A stretch of DNA of 64,000 bases, from contig CM022672.1 in NCBI GenBank assembly GCA_012295275.1, positions 7,874,001 to 7,938,000 on the forward strand, read 5' to 3'. Position numbers and translations under genes: made by a program. Positions 54,140-64,000 of the stretch are shown here, in pieces. Under the pieces are notes generated by a model. The model was not told where the DNA came from and ran no database searches. It was given only the letters and a program-made list of their open reading frames with translations. Source of the stretch: Chrysomallon squamiferum. Lineage: Eukaryota; Animalia; Mollusca. The stretch's first letter is position 1. Every line of letters begins with the position of its first letter.

Positions 54140-54420
54140 GTAAGTAAAATATTCATCAGACAGCATACTGCGTAATCGTATACGTTAATGGTATAAATTA
54201 TAATACTGCTTGTAACAGATAAAATTAGGGATGGCTAGGTTTCAAAACTAGGAAACTATGGCCAGGGGTCATATTCTACTGTATTTTTCAGTGGTTCTAT
54301 TTTGGATGGTATTCACAAATATAAATCCAATGGGTCAGATTATGGTTCAATGGGTCATAATGTCTTGAAGAATAAATAAGTAAGTAAATAATTAATGCTA
54401 TGTTTTTCATTTATTTTCAG

Positions 54421-54563
54421 GACTTGTAATAATGAGTGGAGGTTTATTTTCGTTGTTAATACCAGTAGTCGCCGGCAAACCGCCACAAATTGAACGGGAT
54501 TCTTTCGATGTTTACATTACGGAAGATCCCGAAGAAAAGGAACCATTCACCTACGTGAAATAA
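54421..54563 (+). CDS. SLC16/MCT transporter, terminal exon (484-aa protein in total)
   Basis: Acceptor ttttcAG; GLVIMSGGLFSLLIPVV...FTYVK*. Confidence 0.88.
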
Positions 54564-54717
54564 TGGCTGCATTTGCTTTCTAATTTACAGCTTATTCCTT
54601 CAGAAATAATTATTATTTCCACAAAAACTGGGAGAGAGGGTAAACCAAACAATACCCCTCCACCCCACAAAAACATAATATAAAAAAAAAGAAGAACAAA
54701 CAAACAACAACAACAGC

Positions 54718-54752
<35 letters not shown>

Positions 54753-55499
54753 TAAATTTTGATTTTCAAATGTATGTATGTATTGATATTTGCGTGCGTG
54801 CATGTGTTTGTGGATGCTAACATAAACATCGTCAGTAATAATAAAAAGGAGATAAAAAAGTAAAAAAAAAAGCCCTTCTAAAATGTTAACAAATCCCCCA
54901 GAAACAATAATATGAACCTGCATTAAGCCTCGCCCACAACTGATTCTCTTACATTAAAACAAAAAGAAGAAGAGGAAGAAAAAAGTAAATACATAACAAT
55001 AAAAAATAATTAAACATAAATAAATAAATAAAATGCAAATAAATCAAAATAGATATCTCAAGAACAGCAGATTGTTAAATACAAACAACGGTAAAACATG
55101 GGCGCATTAATAGTTACTAAGCTTTTTTTTTCTCTCTCTCTCTCTCTCGTTTCAGCCTTTTCCTCATATATATCGACGACAGTGTTTTTTTCCATTGTTT
55201 CTATGTAAATCTCATCACTATGTATAAATTTTGTTTCACGCCTAAAAGATGTTCATGTTGAAAGGTGCTCAGTTAAACTAAATGATGTTCTTTCATAGTC
55301 TTCTTCTTCGCCTTCTTCTTCTTATGGAACACACATCAAATAAGCATAAAGACATTTCTCACTGAGTTACACTAAACCAACTTGGATTTATTTCCCTTCG
55401 TTGTTTTCCCATCACGTTCGGTACTGAAGTAGTTATCGTCTGTTTCACATTACTCGTCTTTAAAAGGACGTACACATTATACTTGCTTCGGGAGTACAA

Positions 55500-55526
55500 A
55501 AGAAGAAGAAGAAGAAGAAGAAGAAG

Positions 55527-55589
<63 letters not shown>
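55500..55589. repeat. Compound (GAA)n(GA)n microsatellite
   Basis: Directly visible. Confidence 0.95.
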
Positions 55590-55590
<1 letters not shown>

Positions 55591-57034
55591 CAATAGTGAG
55601 AAACAAGACAACATCAAATAAAAAATAAAAGAGAAACCCCCCAAAAATAAAAAATAGAATAAAATAACAACAACAACAACAAAAAAAAACCCGAAAGAAA
55701 CAGCACCATTATGCCAAAACTAATAAAGAAAAGATAAAAATAAACCCGACAATTTTATCTTAAACGATGTTTAATTATTACGTACATCTTTATGTATGTT
55801 TCTGCACATGTATATACGTGTAAGTAGGTAGATACGTGTTTAAATAATGTGTTTCATTATGTATGTATATTGGAAGTAATATGTTTTCAAATATATGATG
55901 ATGATAAAAACTGAAAGATATTCTTAATGAACTGTAATTTGGAATAAATGTTATAACTGTGCGATTATTAAAAAATAGACAGTAGGGTTTTCATTTTTCT
56001 GTCAAATTACGTTTTTGTTCAAATGTACACTTTCTCTTTTGTTTATTTCTGCTGTCTGGCACTTCGATTTCACATATTTTTAATCACTGAAAAAAAATTA
56101 AAAACTAGTTAAATATCTTCTGAGCAGATGTGAATTCAAGCCGACTAATTTACGATTATTAAACTAAACGAGCTATAACTTACAAATTCAAAGAAGGGGT
56201 CTTCCTTAATAATTTCGCAAATTATTTTTCAGTATGCCTAAATTCAGCTAAGGCCATTATACAGAACATTTACTATATTAAAAGTTACCGAGACGTAATA
56301 ATTATGATGATGATGATGGTGATAATGACAACAATAGTAATAATAATGATAAATATAATCAAACAGTTAATATCTCAAAATGTATTTCAGTGATTAATAA
56401 ATAAAGTCATTACAATGTGGAAAGAGAGAGAGAGTATAATATATATTTATACATTGACCTTATTTTAATTTTAGTAATTTCGTTTGTATGATACTATTAA
56501 TGGGCACAAAAGTAGAACACAATTTTAGATTAAAGTTGTTTTCTGCTGAATAAAGACTAGCGTGTAACTCTTTTCCCCAGAAATGAGCTCAAGAAGTGTG
56601 ACTGAAATATATATGACTCAGAATGTTAACACAGGAAATAATGACCTCTAATGTGAAAATAAACGAAGTTGTTTTAAATTAATTTTTGCTTATTTAACAG
56701 GAAATCTTCACTTTTTAGACAGTTTCGTAAAATAGTTTCTTATTATTGCAGATCTATATTAACTTTCGTTATTAAAACCCCTTTTCCCTTTTTATTTATT
56801 TATTTATTTTATTATATATATATGTTTTTTTTTTTTTTTCTTCTTCTTGTTATTGTGTAATGTTTAGGATAAAAAGTTAGAGGAGGAAATTACAGAGCGA
56901 GTAAGAAAATAGACTGTTACAAAGTTCTGTCCACGCAATATTCATTGGGTCACACGGGATTATGAATAAACCAGGAAATGGTGTATTTGTAATAGTTTGC
57001 CGATCATTTTTTAAGGAAACATTTTACTGTCACT

Positions 57035-57103
57035 ATGACTCGAAAAATTTTAAATATTGAAGTGAAAGACGTCGAAAAAAGAAGATATCCTGGGAAACAT
57101 TAT
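57035..57103 (+). CDS. SH3PXD2A: SH3 and PX domain-containing protein 2 (Tks5/Tks4), exon 1
   Basis: MTRKILNIEVKDVEKRRYPGKHY versus Tks4/5 (V)EVKVLDVQKRRVPNKHY; donor TAT|gtaagc in phase 0. Confidence 0.9.
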
Positions 57104-57692
57104 GTAAGCTCATAATTTAATTATTTTTTTCCTCTCTAAGATGCCTCGTGACAGTCATGTAGTAGACCATGTTCTTGTTTTAAATTTATCATTTTATGTA
57201 ATTTGAGATGTCTACTGCGATTCTTAAACGCTAGCTAATTATTGAATTATATCAGCTTTTTGAAGTATTTAATAATTTTGTAAATAAGTTATGTTATTAA
57301 GTAATAATAATTAATATACTAATAATAGTAATATGTATATCTAAGCGTAACGTAAACATCTTCAATCTTGATATTTACCACGATTTAGTATTAAACATAT
57401 AATTTGTAAACATGAAATATACTTACTATGCTTTTTTGGTGATTTATTGGTTATATTGTTATATATTAGCTGTACAAGTTATGAATACGATATATTTTTA
57501 TCTTATTGTTAAACATTGTTTTGTGTGTGTTATACATATAATGATATATATGATAATTAACAAATAAATTGTTTTAACCTCTAAACGTTTTGCTATATTT
57601 TGCTGTTCTGGTCACGTCTGAAATGATTATATATGACATATCAATCAATTTTTTTTTATAATAATTACTGTACAGACAGATAGATTAATGAA

Positions 57693-58456
57693 CAGTGGTA
57701 CCTTGACTTACAAGTGCCCCAGCTTACAAGTTTTTTGTGTTATGAGCAGCCCCCAGTTGATTTTTTTGTTTTGAATTGCAAGCCAGAATCTGAGTTACGA
57801 GCTAGCTTCACATACATAGCTGCTAGTTGGTGCAACAAACAACATAATATCCGGACAGCATCCAGCATCTAATTCCTTTATTTCACATGGTTACCTCACT
57901 GCAGAAGCATCTCTGTTGAGTTTTCTGCAGTATTTAACCAAATTTTGTTTTTCTAGCCATGGATCCTAAGAAAGTGAGTGCAAAGGACAGTGCTGAGAAG
58001 AAGAAATTGATGATGTCCATTGAATTAAAGCATTAAATCATAGAAAAACATGAGCGAGGTGTGCATGTAGTCGACTTGGCTAGGCAGTACAAGCGTAGTA
58101 CTTCTGCGATATGTACCATACTGAAACATGAGGAGTTGATAAAGGCTGTAACTGCAGACAAAGGCATTCAAATAATTTGCCTAATCTCCAAGATAAATAC
58201 ACTTTACAAAACCAATTTATTTCTTTACATTCTCTTTTATTTTGATTTATACAATATTTGTCATTTATAAATACATATTTCTTATTTAAAAAAACGTTAT
58301 TAAAAAAAAAAAGGGAGATTTTTGGGGGGCTGGAATGAATTAATGGTATTTGAATTAAATTCAGTTTAAGAAAATTGATTTGATACCATAGAAAATTGAT
58401 TTGAAATATAAGATCAGTCACAGAACAAATTTAACTCGTAAGTCAAGGTACCACTG
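57693..58456 (+). mobile_element. Tigger/pogo DNA transposon internal-deletion derivative in SH3PXD2 intron 1
   Basis: 23-bp TIRs CAGTGGTACCTTGACTTAC(A/G)AGT with one mismatch; TA on the right flank; contains a transposase 5' remnant. Confidence 0.92.
57959..58190 (+). pseudogene. Tigger transposase N-terminal CENP-B/psq HTH remnant with an in-frame stop
   Basis: MDPKKVSAKDSAEKKKLMMSIELKH*IIEKHERGVHVVDLARQYKRSTSAICTILKHEELIKAVTADKGIQII. Confidence 0.85.
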
Positions 58457-58551
58457 TATTTAAATTACCTTTGTAGACTGAATTTAAAATATTGTTCTAT
58501 GCACACATGCTTTTTTTGAGTCCTTGCAAATTATAATTTATTTTACAGAGA

Positions 58552-58616
<65 letters not shown>

Positions 58617-59319
58617 AATCAAACTAATTTATCTGTAGTAAGAAAAAAAAAACTAATTGTTTAATATGCATACAACTGAAAATATTTATAAATATATGAT
58701 TATTAACCACAAACTATGTTAACTGTATTTTTAATAAAAGTGAAGCAGAAAAATAGTGAAGTCATTAAAGTTGTATAAAAAGTATGACTGAATACTGCTG
58801 GTCATGTGCAGATGTAATAGTTTTTAAGACTTTGATACTTGAATATGATACTAATAAGTGTATTTCCTTTTCTTTACTTTGTTATATACTGATTTATATC
58901 TCTGTGTATTTGGTTTTAATTGCAGTTTCTATGTGTGTATGTATGTATGAATGTAATAAGGATGTAACTGAATGCTACATGTATACTTAAAATTGTTATT
59001 TATATTAAATGTCAACAAAACAAACAGTTACAATAAATAAACTATAAACATTCACAACACAACACAACAAAACAACAGCAAAAAAAAAAAAAAAAAAAAC
59101 AACAACAAAAACAAAAATGAAAAATAAACAGACAAGAACAAAAAGACAAAAACACTACATAAAAAAAAAAACAAGCACCATGGCAACAACAAAAACAAAA
59201 ACAAAAGATTCTAGATCAATGTATATTTTGAAATATTGATCATATAAAATGAGTATTGATCTGTTTTCCTAACAGTAATATCATGATCTTTGTTTACAAA
59301 ATTAACTACTGTTTTTCAG

Positions 59320-59400
59320 GTTTACGTGATACATGTATATTGGTCTGATGGCTCCAACATCGTTATTTACAGGCGTTATAGCCGCTTCTTTGACCTGCAG
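59320..59400 (+). CDS. SH3PXD2A: SH3PXD2 exon 2 (PX domain)
   Basis: VYVIHVYWSDGSNIVIYRRYSRFFDLQ; 81 nt; canonical splice sites. Confidence 0.95.
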
Positions 59401-59830
59401 GTAACACTATATATACATACACAACCTCATTATGTCAAACATATTTGTCACAGGAACTTTACAAGTATGTGTAAACATTAATGTATCTTGTTTCAGTAGC
59501 ATATATTAATATATGTGTTTCTATCTGTACATGTCTATTAATGAATAAAAAAAAAATATGTTATATACATGGTTCTCATAGAATTTTAAAACCCATGGAA
59601 GTCCAATAGTTCAAACTTGTCCATTATACTGAAATATTAGGAAAATGTTATAAAGTCAACGAAAATAATTATTATTATGTTTACCAAATAATATTTTGAT
59701 AATCAGTGTGGGCATTATGACTGATACTATCCATCTATTTCTCTGTCTGTCTATCTGTCTGACCCTCTGTCTGTCAATATATCTTAGTTTATCTCTCTCT
59801 ATATTTTGTCTATATATGTCTGTCTGCCTT

Positions 59831-59861
<31 letters not shown>

Positions 59862-60076
59862 CAACAAGTCTATCAAACTATCTATCAGTTAATCTATTTG
59901 TCTATCTATATGTCCATCTATCTGTTGATATATCTTAGATTAGCTATCTGTTTGTCTATTTGTCTGTGTGTCTTCCTGTCTGTCTGTATGTATGTATATC
60001 AACAAGTCTACCTTTTATCTCTTTCTCCGTTTGTCTATTCTCAGTCTGTAAAATGTGTAAAATGTTGTTTTTTCAG

Positions 60077-60152
60077 AGTAAGTTGCTGGACAAATTTCCA
60101 CTGGAGAGTGGAGCTGTTGAACCATCCCAGAGAGTTATTCCTCTCTTACCAG
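60077..60152 (+). CDS. SH3PXD2A: SH3PXD2 exon 3 (PX domain)
   Basis: SKLLDKFPLESGAVEPSQRVIPLLP(G); 76 nt; donor CAG|gtaaat. Confidence 0.95.
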
Positions 60153-61646
60153 GTAAATAAACAGTGTTGATAAAACAGAGTTCACACAGTATCATACTCA
60201 TGTTAACATACGTGTTATATTGTAAAATGTTCTGTATTTAAAAATATCTTTAGACTAATTTATAAAATTATAAATAAAGTGAAAGTCAAAAACTATCAAG
60301 TGGATGAGATTTCAGTTTATAATTTTATATTCAGTTATTTTGAACTACAAATTGCATTTAATTATCTCCCGTATTTGCTGACTTGGCAATTTTAAAGTCA
60401 TCAGTATTTAATTTTACTAAACATTTAGGTTGCCTGAATATGATTTAACTGATGACCATTACCCATTACAAAATTTGCAAGTGAAGTTGCATGATGAACA
60501 ATGTTTATGATATCCTTTGTTCATGTACAGACACTGATAGTGTTGTTATACTGGCCATAGACTGCTGTTTATTTCTGCTTTGTAACACAGACTGGCAGTT
60601 GTTGTACAAAGAAGATAATCATTTCAATGTTTAATTGAAATTCTAGCAAAAAATAAAAAAATAAAAAATAATAATAAAAAATAAAAGAAATCAGATTCTC
60701 AATTTAAAACGAGAATGTTTTTATCTACATGATCAAAAAAGTTGACTAATTGCATATAGTAAAGTAAAGAACAGTTTTATGAATAACCTTTAACTCACAA
60801 AAAACAAATTTCTGAAGAATTCATAAAGAATTAATTTTGTCTACTTGATACTTTTTTAATCCATTTATAGACAGTTTTAGAATACAGTATTTTTCTTATT
60901 TTAATATTGTAAACATAGAATGACAGTATGATATATTAGTGATGACTAAAATAGAAGTGCATATGTCACAAATGGAGAAAGATGGGTCAAAGGCATTGTA
61001 AATGTTTGAGTACCAAGTGTTCTTTTAAGTACTGAACTTGTTAAAGTCATTGTTATATGATACTGTAACATTTGAAGATTTCAGGGTACTAGTTATTATT
61101 TACATACATTATCACATATATATGCATGTATGTGCATATGTATGTAAGCATGACATCATATGTTCAATATTTATTAAATAATGAAACACATGTACAAAAC
61201 ATGCATTATCTAATGTCAAAAAATTTGTGTTTTTCTAATAATGTCAAGTACAGTGCTTGATCCTCTTAATTTCTGAACATGGCTGAAAAAAGAATACTAC
61301 AGCAAAACAGTATAACTCTGTATGATTGTTAGCTGCTAGTTGTGTATGTAATGATAATGTGAGGTGAAATCTGTTCCCACTGTTTGAGTTACTCTGTCAG
61401 CTGTTATCAGGTGTACGAGTTATTCTGTCAGTTATCAACAGTGGAATATCAATACACAAAATAAAAAATAAAGATAGAGTTGCATTTGAGAATTTTATTT
61501 TTTTAAATTTATTTATCTGAATCAATTTTTTCACACAGTTTCTACTTCATATATTCATGAAGTTTACATATTTTACATAATATTTCTTACAACAAGCTAC
61601 AAACGTATACAGCATGACTGATTTTAACAACTGTCTTTAATTTTAG

Positions 61647-61723
61647 GTAAAATCCTTTTTGGAAGGAGTCACATTCGAGATGTTGCTTTGAAAAGACTGA
61701 AACCGATTGATGACTACTGCAAG
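61647..61723 (+). CDS. SH3PXD2A: SH3PXD2 exon 4 (PX domain)
   Basis: [26 protein letters not shown], near-identical to Tks5 [25 protein letters not shown]; 77 nt; not in the ORF track. Confidence 0.95.
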
Positions 61724-62124
61724 GTAAGAATATTTATTTTCATGTTCATCTGCATTTCTGACTTTCATATTATCCAAGACTTTGTTAAGAAATATCTATT
61801 TTTTGGCAAAAGATGATAATACACTGACATACTGAACATTATTTGAACTGTTATTACATTCATGTAAACAAATATCCTAAACATATTTTGTAGACTTCCT
61901 AAGACTTGTTTAATTTTTTTCTTCTTTTCACTGTGTACCAAAGATGAGCTAGGTAAATTGTTTACAAACAGTTACTTTCTTTGTTGCTAGTCCATTTGTA
62001 ATAGTATGAATATAGTCAATAATGTATAGCCTGAATGTAGTTTGTATATTTGATAGAAATTATTTGATTTGTTACCTGGAACTGTCCTGTAATAAAATCA
62101 GGTTTTGAAATAAAATGAAAAACA

Positions 62125-62423
62125 ATGATGTTCCTGAGAATTTCTGTTGGTTTGTTATTAGTGAGATCTTGTTGTCAATGTTACTGAGATTTGTTTTGTT
62201 GGTGTTAGTTAAATTTGTTGTTGATATTTGTGAGATTTGTTTGTTGATGTTACTGAGATGTATTTGTTGATGATAGTGAGATTTGTTTGTTAATGTTATT
62301 GATATTTGTTTTTGATATCGGTGAGATTTGTTTTTGTTGATATTTCTATTATTTGTGATTTTTTGTTGTTATTAGTGATTTTTTTTTTTTTAATGTTACT
62401 GAGATTTGTTGTTGCTGTTGCAG
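62125..62423 (+). repeat. Degenerate ~22-nt minisatellite (TGAGATTTGTTTGTTGATGTTAC-like, about a dozen copies)
   Basis: Recurring TGAGATTTG/TGATATTTG every ~21-25 nt up to the exon 5 acceptor. Confidence 0.8.
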
Positions 62424-62521
62424 GGTTTGATAAAAACATGTGACAAGATATCACAGTGTGATGAAGTTATTGATTTCTTCTCTCCGAAGCAGGAAGATCT
62501 CGACCCTCTGACAGATGACAA
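62424..62521 (+). CDS. SH3PXD2A: SH3PXD2 exon 5 (end of PX domain); gene continues right of the window
   Basis: GLIKTCDKISQCDEVIDFFSPKQEDLDP (ISQCDEV..FF..ED motif); donor CAA|gtgagt in phase 2. Confidence 0.93.
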
Positions 62522-63977
62522 GTGAGTTATCTTCTCTTTGTTTTATAAAAATAGCGGCACTAATTTAGAGTGGTTTCAGTCAGTTATAAAAATATGATGT
62601 TATAACAAATTATATATAGTATCAGACTTCCTTTAGTAAACAAATCAGACTTTTTCTCATTACAACCACAGTTCTTTATCTGTATATTTCAAAGGCTGTA
62701 GAATGTGATTTGTCTTTGTATAGAAAAATGTGTATAAAAGATCCCTAGCAAGTAGAAAGTGTAATCCATGAAGTATGATTTCAAACCATTAACAGTTAAT
62801 AAAACAGCATAATATTCCTGCTATCCATTAGCTTCACATTCTGGAAAGATTTAATCTTATTATTTGAAATAATTGCTCTGAAAAAACGTCTGTATTCATC
62901 ATTCAGTGCTGCTGCTGCCTTGAATATCTCCTGTTACACGTCAAATATATTTTATGCTGTAGAGAAGAAATGTGAAACTATTGTTTCCATTCTAATACTT
63001 GGTCTTTCTCGGCTACTTACTGTTTGTCCAGAAAGTACTCTCTATGACTGATGAAATAAAATGAATGTAGCATCAGTAGGAGCTGTAGGATCACAGTTAG
63101 AGAGACTGATCGTTGGCTCAGACAGATTATCACCACTGAGTTACAACCTGCTTTCACTGTTGAGAGATCAGTTTTAAGCATTATTGTATTAATTAGGGTC
63201 TGCACCAGGAAGTTATCCCGGTGTGTGACTGCTGCTACTTTCACTGACCTGATAACTACAAGTGATGGATATTTTTACTTTAGTCATATTTGTGTATTGA
63301 CAGATAATCATGTACATTGATAGCTGTAATTATTACAGGAGCTTTTGGAAATTATTTTGAATACTGTGTAATTTTTCTTAATATATCTGTCTTTTTCTTT
63401 CTTTTTAAAAAAATCAAACAACCCCCAAAAAACAAAATCACTTCTCTTATTAACAGTTCATATAAAAATAATTATATTTCTTGTTTTAAAAATGGTTTGA
63501 ATCCATACTGTATTCAAAATTACAAATTTTGAATAAAACACATTATTATTAAAATGCTTCAGAAATATTGCTCACTGCATTTAAAACATGTTACAGAATT
63601 CCTATTTGACTTTTTTTAAAATTAATTTACAAATAATTTGTCACAGATGAAAAATATCAGATTAAAATATGGATAATTGCATGTAACACAAAACTCAATT
63701 TCCTTTGAAATATTATTTGAACACATGCATGGAAACAACAATAAAATGAATTTATTTGTGTTTTGCAAATTATGTAAAAAATTCCATAGTTTAGCAGTGA
63801 CTCTAAATTTAATAACAAAACCAAATATATAAAAGAACAAATAAATTAAAAAGCAAAAAAACCAAAAACAAAACAAACACACACACACAAAAATAAAGTA
63901 AAAAAGAGAAAGCGTGAATGTTCATAAACAAATAAATAAATATATAAATTTTTGTTTAGCACTGATTCTTTCTTCAG

Positions 63978-63986
63978 CAGAATTAG
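63978..63986 (+). CDS. SH3PXD2A: Candidate SH3PXD2 microexon (9 nt, or 6 nt via NAGNAG)
   Basis: ctgat branch site, ttctttcttcAG|CAGAATTAG|gtaagt; frame-preserving after the phase-2 exon 5. Confidence 0.55.
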   Translation, partial: QN

Positions 63987-64000
63987 GTAAGTACAAGTCA

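Overview
AT-rich, microsatellite-dense, intron-containing animal genomic DNA; probably a lophotrochozoan such as a mollusc (inferred from gene content and repeat style). Five genes were reconstructed by hand with phase-consistent GT-AG junctions. (1) RGS12/loco: 5' half on the minus strand with PDZ and PTB exons; the RGS/RBD/GoLoco part lies left of the window, and there is a candidate internal alternative first exon at ~2.3 kb. (2) A BCL10 homologue (+): CARD plus a C-terminal TLPRP motif, with two candidate cassette exons. (3) A complete SSNA1/NA14 gene (-). (4) A complete 5-exon SLC16 monocarboxylate-transporter-family gene (+). (5) The PX-domain exons of SH3PXD2 (Tks4/Tks5) (+), followed by a candidate 9/6-nt NAGNAG microexon at the window edge. 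Non-genic content includes a Tigger/pogo deletion derivative, two old copies of a CAGT-ended TIR element, and a ~1.5 kb long-TIR element upstream of the transporter. There is also a decayed orphan gene pair at 23-25 kb. The most unusual signal is a diverged four-copy repeat family at 39.4 and 42.9-44.0 kb. It carries a near-canonical minimal hammerhead-ribozyme core on one strand and a tRNA-like A/B-box pattern on the other. All homology statements come from remembered family sequences; no searches were run.
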